Shown here one piece after another: positions 8,673 to 18,046 of a DNA stretch of 32,000 bases (position 1 is the first letter of the stretch; each line of letters begins with the position of its first letter). The notes beneath the pieces were generated by a model. That model was not told the DNA's origin. It saw only the letters and a list, made by a program, of their open reading frames with translations, and did not search any database. This stretch comes from Thermosulfurimonas dismutans (lineage in GTDB: Bacteria; Desulfobacterota; Thermodesulfobacteria; Thermodesulfobacteriales; Thermodesulfobacteriaceae). The translations under genes and the position numbers were made by a program. The stretch is from NCBI RefSeq assembly GCF_001652585.1, contig NZ_LWLG01000001.1, positions 120,001 through 152,000 of the forward strand, written 5' to 3'.

Positions 8673-10567
8673 TAGCCCACCTCCGCTCCGCAAGCTATTT
8701 CTCCCTCTGGAACAATAAGTTTAAGTCCCTGGGCGTCCTTGGCCGCAAGGACCATTCCCTGGGAAACCACACCCCGGATCTTGGCTGGCTTGAGGTTGGC
8801 CACCAAAACTATCTTCTTGCCCACCAGAGTCTCCGGCGGATAGTATTCCGCAATACCGGCTACCACCGTCCTCTCCTCTGGGCACTTTACAGTCAGCTTG
8901 AGCAACCGATCCGTGCCCGGAACCCTTTCGGCGGCCACTACTTCGGCCACCCGCAAATCCCATTTCTTGAACTCCTCAATGGGATAAGTCTTATCTTCCA
9001 CGGTGGTTTCCTCCTTAGTTTTTTCGGATTCCGCTTTAAAGTCTGGCATCTCTAGCCTTGGAAAAAGGACTTTCCCCCTCTGGGTCTTTCCTCCGGGAGC
9101 AAGTAGGCCCCAGCTAAGGGCCCTTTCGAAGCGCAATTCTTCTTCCGGTGAAAGGCCAAGATTTATCAGGATCTTTTCCGAGGCCTTCGGCATCACCGGC
9201 GAAAAGGCCACCGAGAGAACCCGCAAGGCCTCAAGCAAGGTATAGAGTACCCGGGCAAGTCTTTCCTTGCGGCCTTCCTTGTTCAGCTGCCAAGGTGCCT
9301 GACGATCGATGTACTGATTGGCCGCCCCCACGGCCTCGGAAAGGGCCCCGAGCGCCCGATGGAATCGGAAGCCCTCCATCTCGCGGTCATAAGTTTTTAC
9401 GGCTGAAAGGATGGTCTCTCGGAGCGCACGATCCTCGGGGACCTCCTCACCGGGTTCAGGCACTTCGCCCCCGAAATATTTTTTTACCATGGTAAGCGTC
9501 CGATAAACCAAGTTTCCGAAGTCGTTAGCCAGCTCGGCGTTTAGGCGTCGAATTAGGGCCTCCTCGCTGAACTCGGCGTCGTAGCCGAAGGCCATCTCCC
9601 GCAGAAGGAAATATCGCACCTGATCTGCACCGTAGCGAGCTACCAAATCGTCCGGACGTACCACATTCCCGAGGCTCTTGGACATCTTGGCCTGGTTGAG
9701 ATTCCAGTAACCGTGGACATGAAGCCGTTTGAAGATCGGAAGTCCGATAGCCCGGAGCATGATGGGCCAGTAAAGGGCGTGGGGTTTCAAGATGTCCTTA
9801 GCGATAATGTGTTCGGCCGAGGCCCACCACTTCTGCCAGTTCGGATCCTCGGGGTAACCAATCCCGGAAAGGTAGTTGAGTAGAGCATCAAACCAGACGT
9901 AGGTCACGTATTCGGAATCAAAGGGGAATTCTATCCCCCAGGAAAGGCGACTCTTGGGACGTGAGATGCAGAGACGATCCAAAGGATCTCTCAGGAGCCC
10001 TAAAACCTCCTCCCGATAGTGGGGAGGCTGAATGAGATCCGGATTTGCCTTCAGATAATCCCTAAGCCAGTCCTGATACTTGGAGAGATCAAAGAAGTAA
10101 TTACTTTCTTTAAGCGGCGTTGGAGGGATTTTGTGATCTGGGCACTTTCCGTCTTCGAGCTCCTTTTCGGTGAGGAAACGTTCGCAGCCAAAACAATAAA
10201 GCCCTTCGTATTCACCAAAGGAAATATCTCCCTGATCGTAAAGTTTCTGGAGAACTAGCTGGACCACCTTTTGGTGATAGGGTTCGGTAGTACGAATAAA
10301 ACGGGAGTAATTAATATGTAATATGGGCCAAGTTTCTCGAAACTTTTGGGAGATCCGATCAACGTATTCTTTGGGGGTAAGGCCCTGGGCTTTGGCAGCC
10401 TTGACGATCTTGTCACCGTGTTCATCAGTCCCAGTAAGGAAGAAGACCTCTTCGCCTTTGAGGCGCTTGAACCGGGCCACTACATCCGCTACCACCGTGG
10501 TGTAGGCGTGCCCCAGGTGAGGCTCGGCGTTTACGTAATAGATAGGGGTAGTCACGTAAAAGGCCAT
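8672..10567 (-). CDS. metG: methionyl-tRNA synthetase with C-terminal tRNA-binding (EMAP/Trbp111-like) domain
   Basis: MAFYVTTPIYYVNAEPHLGHAYTT (HIGH region), AKMSKSLGN (KMSKS), and a C-terminal KWDLRVAEVVAAERVPGTDRLLKLTV OB-fold tail. Confidence 0.92.
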   Translation of the reverse strand: MAFYVTTPIYYVNAEPHLGHAYTTVVADVVARFKRLKGEEVFFLTGTDEHGDKIVKAAKAQGLTPKEYVDRISQKFRETWPILHINYSRFIRTTEPYHQKVVQLVLQKLYDQGDISFGEYEGLYCFGCERFLTEKELEDGKCPDHKIPPTPLKESNYFFDLSKYQDWLRDYLKANPDLIQPPHYREEVLGLLRDPLDRLCISRPKSRLSWGIEFPFDSEYVTYVWFDALLNYLSGIGYPEDPNWQKWWASAEHIIAKDILKPHALYWPIMLRAIGLPIFKRLHVHGYWNLNQAKMSKSLGNVVRPDDLVARYGADQVRYFLLREMAFGYDAEFSEEALIRRLNAELANDFGNLVYRTLTMVKKYFGGEVPEPGEEVPEDRALRETILSAVKTYDREMEGFRFHRALGALSEAVGAANQYIDRQAPWQLNKEGRKERLARVLYTLLEALRVLSVAFSPVMPKASEKILINLGLSPEEELRFERALSWGLLAPGGKTQRGKVLFPRLEMPDFKAESEKTKEETTVEDKTYPIEEFKKWDLRVAEVVAAERVPGTDRLLKLTVKCPEERTVVAGIAEYYPPETLVGKKIVLVANLKPAKIRGVVSQGMVLAAKDAQGLKLIVPEGEIACGAEVG

Positions 10568-11403
10568 CAGTTCTCGCCTCCGGCCGAAAGGATTTCCTTG
10601 AGTTCCTCTACCGGGATTTCTACCTCCCGCCCTTCCTGATTTTCAAGCACAATGGTGCGTCGAAAAATATTGTAACGCACCACCCGACAGGGGCCCACCG
10701 GGGTCTGAAGCTTTTTGCCAATCTTTGGAAGACTTCGAGAAAGTTCCTCATAGATATGATATTCATAGAGCAGACAACAGAGGAGCCTACCACAAAGACC
10801 GGAAATCTTGTTAGGATCAAGGGGAAGGCTTTGTTCCTTGGCCATTTTGATGGAAACCGGAGCAAATTCTTTAAGGAAGGCCGCACAGCAAATCTCTCGG
10901 CCGCAGCAGCCGAGGCCTCCATGCAAGCCGGCCTCGTTCCGCACTCCTATCTGACGCATCTCAATCCTGGTCCGCAGGGCCCGGACCAACTGCTTTACCA
11001 ATTCTCGGAAGTCGATCCGACCCTCAGCAGTATAATAGAAAATGACCTTGCTCCGATCAAAAAGCCGCTCCACCCGGGTAAGTTTCATCTCTAGGCCCAG
11101 CTCCTCGGCAAACTGCCGACAAAAACTCTCGGCCTTTTTCTCGAATTCCAGATTTTCCCGGTATTGCTTGATTTCCTTTTGATTGGCAAGTCGCAAAACT
11201 CGTGGAAGAGTGCCAGGTTTCAAAGGTAAAGATAGACTATAAGAGACGGTCCTCAAGACCTCCTTCCTTTTCTCCGGGAAAGAAACCAAGACATAACTGC
11301 CTGGTCGGATCCTAAAGGAAGACTCTACATGCAGCCCCGGATATCCCTCTCTTAAAACCGCTTCCGTTACGAAATACCCCTTTTCGGAACGGCGTTTTTT
11401 CAT
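10567..11403 (-). CDS. PSP1 domain protein (YaaT/RicT-like)
   Basis: The Cys clusters GLGCCGREICCAAFL and GLCGRLLCCLLYE are typical of the PSP1 C-terminal domain. Its stop overlaps the metG start. Confidence 0.8.
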   Translation of the reverse strand: MKKRRSEKGYFVTEAVLREGYPGLHVESSFRIRPGSYVLVSFPEKRKEVLRTVSYSLSLPLKPGTLPRVLRLANQKEIKQYRENLEFEKKAESFCRQFAEELGLEMKLTRVERLFDRSKVIFYYTAEGRIDFRELVKQLVRALRTRIEMRQIGVRNEAGLHGGLGCCGREICCAAFLKEFAPVSIKMAKEQSLPLDPNKISGLCGRLLCCLLYEYHIYEELSRSLPKIGKKLQTPVGPCRVVRYNIFRRTIVLENQEGREVEIPVEELKEILSAGGEN

Positions 11404-11482
11404 GAATCATGAAATTAATCCCAAAAAACCTCTTTGTTAAGAGCAACTTTTAAGACCGATATCTTCGGATATAATCGATTTC

Positions 11483-12844
11483 ATGAAAAAATGGAAACAG
11501 ATACTTCGCATCCTCTTCATCCTAGATCTAGAAGATGGCCGTCTAAATCTCTTTGAATCCTTCCCGTTCATCAAACGTTTCTTTTACAACCGTAAATATT
11601 TCGCATGGATTCGGACTTTTGGAGACTTGGTTTTCGTAATTCTTATCCTTCTGGGGCTTTTGGGGCCTCAAGATCCCCAGCGAAATGTAATGCTTTTCCT
11701 GGCCTGGGGTATCTGGTGGACCAGCGTGGTCCTTTCCTGGTTTTTCGTAGGCCGAATGTGGTGTGCCTTTTGTCCCTTTCCAGGACTCGGAAGGCTACTT
11801 CAAAACCTGGGACTCTCCCGTTTCAAAAACCCTCCCAAATGGCTGACCTGCAAAGGCCTACATTTGGCCACGGCTCTCTTCTTTCTCATCATATGGGCCG
11901 AAACTGTTACCGACATGAAACACTCTCCTTTCTTGACGGCTCTTTTGCTGCTTTCCATCGTTCTGGGAGCTACGCTTATGGGAGTCCTGTACCGAGGCTA
12001 CACTTGGTGCCGCTATCTGTGCCCTTTTGGAAAAATCACCGGTTCCGCAGCCACTATGGCTCTTACCGAGTTTCGGTCCGACTACGAAAAATGCAAGGAT
12101 TGTAAGACCTTCTCTTGCCGACGGGGCAGGGATAAGATCCGTCCCTGTCCAGTTTTTTTAGGGGCTTACCACGCTAAAAACAATCTAGTCTGCCTGGTTT
12201 GCGGACACTGCCTTATCCTGTGCGAGAGAGATTCACCGGCTCTTTATCTTCGTCATCCTCTGCGGGAACAGATCATCAACAAGGGACGCTACATTACCTG
12301 CGGCTATGTTATTCCCCTCCTTATGGGCTCTCAGTTGGCCCGTTTCATTTATGAAACCCCTTACTTCACCTGGTTCGAAAATCTTCTCGGTTTCGGTAAG
12401 GCCGTCACCTTCACTTTCCTGTTCGCTGTAGGGACCTTGTTCTTCATAGAACTTATTAAAGGAGGTTCCATTCTTTTTACTTACTATGAGGACGAGCTTT
12501 TTGGACGCTTTTCGCCTATGGTTCCGGTAGTTATGCCTTTGGCTTTCACCGGAGAGCTCGTCTATCGCCTTCGATATTTTCTCGAGGAATTGGGCAACTT
12601 TTTACCTACCCTTGGAAGACAATTCCATATTTCCTTCTTGATTTCCTATCAATTCGAAGTCCCTCCTTTTTGGATAAAAACAATTTCCTATTTTCTAATC
12701 TTTTTGGGCCTTACCGGCGGATTCTATGTAGCTTGGTATTTTTACAAAAAAGAATTTGAAGGCTTAGTGCCTTTTAAAAATTACCTTTTTATCAATCTTC
12801 TACTCGTTTTTTGCGGAGGCCTCTACCTTTTCTTCCAGCCTTAA
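11483..12844 (+). CDS. polytopic membrane protein with NapH/polyferredoxin-like Fe-S binding motifs
   Basis: WCAFCPFPG and WCRYLCPFG are membrane-edge CxxCP motifs. They are followed by CKDCKTFSCRRG...CP and CLVCGHCLILC ferredoxin-like clusters and then extra C-terminal TM helices. No SD is present. A perfect TATAAT at 11470-11475 ends 7 nt before the ATG, so the mRNA may be leaderless. Confidence 0.7.
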   Translation: MKKWKQILRILFILDLEDGRLNLFESFPFIKRFFYNRKYFAWIRTFGDLVFVILILLGLLGPQDPQRNVMLFLAWGIWWTSVVLSWFFVGRMWCAFCPFPGLGRLLQNLGLSRFKNPPKWLTCKGLHLATALFFLIIWAETVTDMKHSPFLTALLLLSIVLGATLMGVLYRGYTWCRYLCPFGKITGSAATMALTEFRSDYEKCKDCKTFSCRRGRDKIRPCPVFLGAYHAKNNLVCLVCGHCLILCERDSPALYLRHPLREQIINKGRYITCGYVIPLLMGSQLARFIYETPYFTWFENLLGFGKAVTFTFLFAVGTLFFIELIKGGSILFTYYEDELFGRFSPMVPVVMPLAFTGELVYRLRYFLEELGNFLPTLGRQFHISFLISYQFEVPPFWIKTISYFLIFLGLTGGFYVAWYFYKKEFEGLVPFKNYLFINLLLVFCGGLYLFFQP

Positions 12845-12889
12845 AAAACAACCTCTATGAAACCCCTTCATTTTATAAATAAAATCAAT

Positions 12890-12917
12890 TTGACCATAGA
12901 TTCTGTCTATTTATAAT
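12890..12917 (+). promoter_or_regulatory. sigma-70-like promoter TTGACC-N16-TATAAT for the exported DsrE-like gene
   Basis: TTGACC at 12890-12895 and TATAAT at 12912-12917. AGGAGG and the ATG at 12952 lie downstream. Confidence 0.5.
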
Positions 12918-12951
12918 GGCCCCTAAAAAACCTAAAAAAGGAGGTGCTAGG

Positions 12952-13350
12952 ATGAAAAGGTGGGTAGGGTTGTTGTTAGGTTTGTTTTTGTTGGTAGCTT
13001 TCCCTTTCACCAATGCCAAGGCCGAGGGCTCACATTGGGTTATAGTTATCTCTACCAAGGAGAAAGAGACGGCCTGGAACGCTCTCAGGGTAGCCGACTT
13101 CGCTTTGAAGCAAGGGGCCAAGGTCTCTGTTTTCTTATTGGGTGAGGGAGTTAAGGCCTCGGTAATAGAAGATGAGACCTTCAATGTAAAGAAGGCCCTT
13201 GAACATTTTGTTAAAGAAGGAGGTAAGGTTTATGCTTGCAGAGCGTGCCTGAAGATTCACCATTTAAAACCTACTGAAACCTGCCCGGTTGGAACACGAA
13301 AGATCCTTTATGATCTAATCTCGCAGGCAGACCGCATTTTAACCTTTTAA
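12952..13350 (+). CDS. exported DsrE/TusD (YchN-fold)-like protein, Cys form (paralog 1)
   Basis: MKRWVGLLLGLFLLVAFPFTNAKA is signal-peptide-like. The mature part aligns with the ORFs at 29404 and 29755, with the motif GGKVYACRACLK. The ATG at 12952 has AGGAGG upstream, and the track start at 12916 sits inside the -10 box. Confidence 0.8.
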   Translation: MKRWVGLLLGLFLLVAFPFTNAKAEGSHWVIVISTKEKETAWNALRVADFALKQGAKVSVFLLGEGVKASVIEDETFNVKKALEHFVKEGGKVYACRACLKIHHLKPTETCPVGTRKILYDLISQADRILTF

Positions 13351-13995
13351 TTTAAGTTCTACCTCTGAAAATCGGTGGGGCACGTCGCGAAGACTCTTCA
13401 AGAAGCCTTCTATTACCCCCCAAAGGGCCCGTCTTACGTAACGGCTTAGCCCCACCGGCCTTCCATCCACCAGAAGCCCAACTTCAGGCTCGAAGACTCG
13501 ATAGAACCTTTCCAAAATAAAGTTCGCAATCCCTTCAATATCCTGAAGGTCAAAAACCGGTATCGACACTTGGGGTTTGAAGTCCGAAACCAGGGCCACC
13601 ACCCCCGGAACTTCTTCCAACAGGAGTCTTTGAGAAACCTCCTTGCGAGCTACTTCTATCTTGGGGAGAAAGGCTAGGCTTTTGAAGCCTTCCGCAATTA
13701 CTAAGGCGCAATCCGAAAAGTTGCGAAATATGAAAGACCAAAATTCCGTTTCCCGGGGCTGAGCCTCCCGATAAACAACGATTTCCTCTTGGGCCCATAA
13801 AGCTACGGGATTAGCCCCCGCGGCCCGATAGCGGAAGGTGTCCGTCCCGGGTTGGTCGGTCTCTCCCCTTTGCTCTTTGGTAGATTTGATCACCCCAATC
13901 TTGAGACCTTTGGCCTTTAGAACTTCGACAACTTTAACGACAAGGGTGGTCTTTCCTACAGCATGCGGACCGATAAAAGAAACTACCGGAACCAA
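13339..13995 (-). CDS. mobB: molybdopterin-guanine dinucleotide biosynthesis adapter MobB-like P-loop protein with ~60-aa C-terminal extension
   Basis: VVSFIGPHAVGKTTLVVKV is a P-loop and GVIKSTKE...GTDTFRYRAAGA is typical of MobB. Confidence 0.7.
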   Translation of the reverse strand: MVPVVSFIGPHAVGKTTLVVKVVEVLKAKGLKIGVIKSTKEQRGETDQPGTDTFRYRAAGANPVALWAQEEIVVYREAQPRETEFWSFIFRNFSDCALVIAEGFKSLAFLPKIEVARKEVSQRLLLEEVPGVVALVSDFKPQVSIPVFDLQDIEGIANFILERFYRVFEPEVGLLVDGRPVGLSRYVRRALWGVIEGFLKSLRDVPHRFSEVELKLKG

Positions 13996-14001
13996 GGCCT
14001 C

Positions 14002-14694
14002 TTATTCTCCGAAACGAAAGCTCTCCCCGGGTGAAAGAACCTTAACCAAGACCTCAAGGCCGGCCTCAGAAAGGGCCTTCTCTAAAGCCTCCGGCGTCCC
14101 GGTAAGGAGGGGGAAGGTACCATAGTGCATGGGAATGACCACTTTGGGTTTAAGAAGCTCACAGGCTTTGGCGGCCTCTCTTGGCCCCATTACGTAGTGA
14201 CTCCCTATAGGGAGCAGGACCACTTCAGGCCGGTAAAGTTCTCTGATCAGCACCAGGTCGTAAAAGAGCCCAGTATCTCCGGCATGATATAGAGTCCGAC
14301 CGTCTTCCATCTCCACTATAAACCCGCAGGCATCTCCACCGTAGCTTCCATCCTGGAAGGAAGAACTGTGCACGGCCTGCACCATAGTGATCTTGAGCCC
14401 CCGGGTCTCGTAAGTACCACCGATGTTCATACCGGTAACCTTGGGAAGACCCCTGGCCATGAGATACTGCTGGATCTCATGGATGGCCACCACCTCCGTA
14501 GCTGCCGTACGGGCGATCTCAAGCACGTCCCCTAAGTGATCCCCGTGGGCGTGCGTGATGAGGATCAAATCATAAGGTCCCCGATCAACCTCAGAAGGTG
14601 CTTTGGGATTGGAAAGCCAGGGATCGATAAGAATTTTTACCCCACGAGGAGTTACGACCTTGAAGGTAGCGTGCCCGTAGAAGGTTATCTGCAT
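14002..14694 (-). CDS. metallo-beta-lactamase-fold hydrolase, UPF0173 family
   Basis: [13 protein letters not shown]...[13 protein letters not shown] contains the HxHxDH motif, with a full-length UPF0173-like layout. Confidence 0.8.
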   Translation of the reverse strand: MQITFYGHATFKVVTPRGVKILIDPWLSNPKAPSEVDRGPYDLILITHAHGDHLGDVLEIARTAATEVVAIHEIQQYLMARGLPKVTGMNIGGTYETRGLKITMVQAVHSSSFQDGSYGGDACGFIVEMEDGRTLYHAGDTGLFYDLVLIRELYRPEVVLLPIGSHYVMGPREAAKACELLKPKVVIPMHYGTFPLLTGTPEALEKALSEAGLEVLVKVLSPGESFRFGE

Positions 14695-14717
14695 CTTTTT
14701 TCTCTACAAAATAAAAG

Positions 14718-14793
14718 TGGAGCGGGAAACGGGACTCGAACCCGCGACCTCCACCTTGGCAAGGTGGCGCTCTACCACCTGAGCTATTCCCGC
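14718..14793 (-). tRNA. tRNA-Gly (anticodon GCC), encoded CCA
   Basis: The reverse complement is GCGGGAATAGCTCAGGTGGTAGAGCGCCACCTTGCCAAGGTGGAGGTCGCGGGTTCGAGTCCCGTTTCCCGCTCCA. Anticodon loop is TTGCCAA. Confidence 0.92.
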
Positions 14794-14840
14794 TCCGTTG
14801 TCTATAAAATTAAAATCCTCGGAGCTCTCCTGTCAAGCCC

Positions 14841-15782
14841 TTAGAGACACTCCGCGAGCTTAAGCAAGCGCTCGTATTCCGCATCTACCCTCTGCTGAAT
14901 GGCCCGGATCTGCTCCTCGGCGAGATGCCGGAAACGACGCTGACGCTTCAAATATTCCTCCACCGGTTTCGGTTTCGTAATCTTACGGGTGATATAGTAC
15001 TTACCCTCGATGACCTCGTAAAGCGGAAATATCCTGGTTTCCACGGCAAGCTTTGCCAACATAATGGACTCTTCGCCTTTAGTCCCCCAACCCGTAGGAC
15101 AGGGAGCAAAAATATGCACGTAAGCCGGCCCATCTACCAAAGCGGCCTTCTTCACCTTATTCATGAGATCCAGGAAGAAGGCTGGGGTAGCCGTGGCCAC
15201 ATAGGGAATACCATGAGCCGCAGCAATGGCCGGCACGTTTTTCTTCCAGGTCATCTGTCCGAAGGACTTTTCCCCCGGAGGACTGGTGGTTGTCATAGCC
15301 CCATAAGGGGTACAACTCGAACGCTGGACTCCGGTGTTCATGTAAGCCTCGTTATCAAGGCAGATGTAAACGAAGTCATGACCCCGTTCAAGCGCCCCGG
15401 AAAGGGCTTGGAGACCGATATCGGCCGTGCCTCCGTCTCCAGCGAAGACCACCACATCCACCCGTCTGTTTTTGGGAAAACGTCCCTTTCTCTTTAAGGC
15501 TTTTAAAGCCGACTCTACTCCAGAGGCCACCGCAGCTGCATTCTCAAAGGCAATGTGGATCCAAGGCACCCGCCAAGAGGTGTAAGGAAAAGGACTGGAG
15601 ATGATCTCCATGCAACCGGTGGCACTCACCGCAATGACATTCATTCCCAAGGCCTTTAATGCCAGCCTCAATGCTAAGACCTCTCCACACCCCTGACAGG
15701 CTCGGTGTCCAGGAGCAAAAGGTTCTTCTTTAGGAAGATTCTTAGCGCTAAACCCTTTGAATTTGGCTAGTTCCTTCAGCAT
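14841..15782 (-). CDS. porB: 2-oxoacid:ferredoxin oxidoreductase beta subunit (TPP-binding; pyruvate- or 2-oxoisovalerate-type)
   Basis: CQGCGE, GDGGTADIGLQALSGA (TPP motif), and position in a gamma-delta-alpha-beta operon. Confidence 0.85.
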   Translation of the reverse strand: MLKELAKFKGFSAKNLPKEEPFAPGHRACQGCGEVLALRLALKALGMNVIAVSATGCMEIISSPFPYTSWRVPWIHIAFENAAAVASGVESALKALKRKGRFPKNRRVDVVVFAGDGGTADIGLQALSGALERGHDFVYICLDNEAYMNTGVQRSSCTPYGAMTTTSPPGEKSFGQMTWKKNVPAIAAAHGIPYVATATPAFFLDLMNKVKKAALVDGPAYVHIFAPCPTGWGTKGEESIMLAKLAVETRIFPLYEVIEGKYYITRKITKPKPVEEYLKRQRRFRHLAEEQIRAIQQRVDAEYERLLKLAECL

Positions 15783-15786
15783 GGCT

Positions 15787-16962
15787 CTACTCCTTTACCC
15801 CGATCATTTCATAGGGTTCTTTGGGCTTCTTCTTCATGTAAAAGTAAGCCTTATCGGCCATTTCCTCGAAATCTTCAACGGTTACATCTCGTCCACCGAG
15901 CCCAGCAATGAAGTTCACTACCCGAGGGCGTCCCGGAACCTGATAGAGGGCCGAACGGGCCTCCACCGCCACCGGTCCCCCGGTAGCCCCAATCGAAAGG
16001 GCCCGGTCAATTACGGCTAGCATCTTCACGCCCTTAACGGCCTTCACAAAATCCTTGAGAGGGAAAGGCCGCCAAAGCCTGATCCGCACAAGACCTACTT
16101 TCTTTCCGGCTTCCCGCATCTTGTCCACCGCAGTCATCGCGGTTTCGGCCAGCGACCCCATGATGAGAAGCGCTACTTCGGCGTCTTCCATCCGATAGGT
16201 CTCAACAGGATTGTAACGGCGCCCGAAGATCCTTTCGAACTCGTCCCAGGCCTTGACGACAACCTTATAGGCGTTCTTGAAGGCCTCGTCCTGGGCCTTC
16301 TTGGCCTCTATATAAATCTCGGGAATCCCCACCGGCCCCATGCTTATGGGCTTACGGGGGTCAAGTTTGTATTTAGGCTTGAAGGGCGGAAGATACTGAT
16401 CTACCAACTCCTGATCCGGAAGCTCGATGGGCTCGATCATGTGGCTAAGATTGAAGCCGTCGATGTTCACGATAAACGGGAACATCACCCGGCGATCCTC
16501 TGCCACGCGAAAGGCATGATAAACCAAATCTACAGCTTCCTGACCGTTTTCGGCAAAGGTCTGGATCCAACCGATATCTCGTTCGGCCATAATGTCGCTG
16601 TGGTCGTTCCAAATACTGATGGGGGCTGAAAGAGCTCGATTGGCCACCACCATGACCACCGGAAGCCTCAGGGCCGGGGCAATGAAAAGGATTTCATGCA
16701 TAAGAGCCAATCCCTGAGCACTGGTGGAGGTAAAAGTACGAGCCCCGGTGGCCACCGAACCCAAACAGGCGCTCATGGCCGAATGCTCGGATTCCACGGT
16801 GACATATTCGGCATCAAGCTCCCCACTGGCCACCAATTCACTTAGATGTTCCACAATATGGGTCTGGGGCGTGATAGGATAGGCCGCAATCACATCGACC
16901 TTACATTGTTTCACAGCTTCGGCGATGGCTATGGACACTTCTTTGGCTATGCGCTTACCCAT
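15787..16962 (-). CDS. porA: 2-oxoacid:ferredoxin oxidoreductase alpha subunit
   Basis: MGKRIAKEVSIAIAEAVKQCKVDVIAAYPITPQT is a typical PorA N-terminus. The ATG at 16962 has GAGGAGG upstream, and the track start at 17028 would overlap porD. Confidence 0.88.
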   Translation of the reverse strand: MGKRIAKEVSIAIAEAVKQCKVDVIAAYPITPQTHIVEHLSELVASGELDAEYVTVESEHSAMSACLGSVATGARTFTSTSAQGLALMHEILFIAPALRLPVVMVVANRALSAPISIWNDHSDIMAERDIGWIQTFAENGQEAVDLVYHAFRVAEDRRVMFPFIVNIDGFNLSHMIEPIELPDQELVDQYLPPFKPKYKLDPRKPISMGPVGIPEIYIEAKKAQDEAFKNAYKVVVKAWDEFERIFGRRYNPVETYRMEDAEVALLIMGSLAETAMTAVDKMREAGKKVGLVRIRLWRPFPLKDFVKAVKGVKMLAVIDRALSIGATGGPVAVEARSALYQVPGRPRVVNFIAGLGGRDVTVEDFEEMADKAYFYMKKKPKEPYEMIGVKE

Positions 16963-16964
16963 GA

Positions 16965-17264
16965 TTAAACCTCCTCTACCACCATGGTAATGGCCCCCTT
17001 GGGACAAATGTTGGCACAGATCCCACACCCTTTACAGTAGGTGAGATCCACAATGTAATACCCTTCCTCATCAGCTTCATAGGCCGGCTCTGGGCACATG
17101 ATGTAGCACTGACCGCACTTGATACACTTTTCTTTGTCCAATACCGGACGAAAGGACCTCCAGTCGCCGGTCTTGAATTTCACGGAATTTCCCGGCTCAA
17201 GGATATAGCACCCGAAGGGGACCTCTTTCCAGCTCATAAGGGCAGTGTCTTTTCCTTTAGGCAT
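16965..17264 (-). CDS. porD: 2-oxoacid:ferredoxin oxidoreductase delta subunit (2x[4Fe-4S] ferredoxin)
   Basis: CIKCGQCYIMCP and CKGCGICANICP motifs. Confidence 0.88.
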   Translation of the reverse strand: MPKGKDTALMSWKEVPFGCYILEPGNSVKFKTGDWRSFRPVLDKEKCIKCGQCYIMCPEPAYEADEEGYYIVDLTYCKGCGICANICPKGAITMVVEEV

Positions 17265-17280
17265 GGCTCCTCTCCTTCTA

Positions 17281-17829
17281 CTAATAGATCTTGGTTTCTT
17301 TAACGGCCCGGGCCATGGCCTTCTTATTCTTTTCTGCCAGACGCCCGAACCTCTCCGTTAAGGCCTCCTCAAGATAATCCCGATCCACCAGACCGGTAGC
17401 CTTGAGGAAAGCCCCCAGCATGGTGGTGTTGGTAATGGGAAGACCAAGTTCCTCTAGCGCAATTTTGGTGGCATCCACCACGGCAAGTTTCCCCTGCCAG
17501 CCCCCGAGCATCTCCCGTAAAGTTTTTTCATCCTTGTTGGAGTTTACGATCACCAAGCCGGACTCTTTGAGACCCGCAGTGACCTTAACGATGGCCGGAA
17601 GCGAAGGGTCAAGCACCAGGATAACATCCGGAGCGTAGATTTTTTCCCGGGTCCGTATGGGGTCCTCGCTCACCCTGACGAAGGCCATCACCGGGGCCCC
17701 ACGTCTTTCAGGGCCAAAGCTAGGGAAAGCCTGTGCGTATTTCCCCTGATTGATGGCGGCTACGGCAATGAGTTCGGCCGAAGTAACCGCCCCCTGACCT
17801 CCTCTACCGTGAAGTCTTACCTCTATCAT
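17281..17829 (-). CDS. porG: 2-oxoacid:ferredoxin oxidoreductase gamma subunit
   Basis: MIEVRLHGRGGQGAVTSAELIA is the hallmark gamma-subunit N-terminus. Confidence 0.88.
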   Translation of the reverse strand: MIEVRLHGRGGQGAVTSAELIAVAAINQGKYAQAFPSFGPERRGAPVMAFVRVSEDPIRTREKIYAPDVILVLDPSLPAIVKVTAGLKESGLVIVNSNKDEKTLREMLGGWQGKLAVVDATKIALEELGLPITNTTMLGAFLKATGLVDRDYLEEALTERFGRLAEKNKKAMARAVKETKIY

Positions 17830-17961
17830 CTTCCCTCTCCTTTTTTGGCGGGTATGTCAATGACTTAGAACCCTATTTACATACATCTGAAGATCTGTCA
17901 ACAACATCGTTAAGGCCCTCCTCTTTACATTCCGGAAAAGTTCGATAACTTATTTCTGAGT

Positions 17962-18036
17962 TCCGGGGTCGTCTAACTGGCAGGACATGGGACTTTGGCT
18001 CCCAGAATCCTGGTTCGAATCCAGGCCCCGGAACCA
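17962..18036 (+). tRNA. tRNA-Gln (anticodon UUG), encoded CCA
   Basis: TCCGGGGTCGTCTAACTGGCAGGACATGGGACTTTGGCTCCCAGAATCCTGGTTCGAATCCAGGCCCCGGAACCA. Anticodon loop is CTTTGGC. Confidence 0.88.
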
Positions 18037-18046
18037 ACGATATTAT

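Noticed and set aside
12916-12951. N-terminal extension MAPKKPKKGGAR of the exported DsrE-like protein
   Set aside because: Its start codon lies inside the predicted -10 box. The AGGAGG site serves ATG 12952, which begins a proper signal peptide.
15787-17028. Longer porA start at 17028
   Set aside because: It would overlap porD by 64 nt. ATG 16962 has a GAGGAGG SD and gives the canonical PorA N-terminus.
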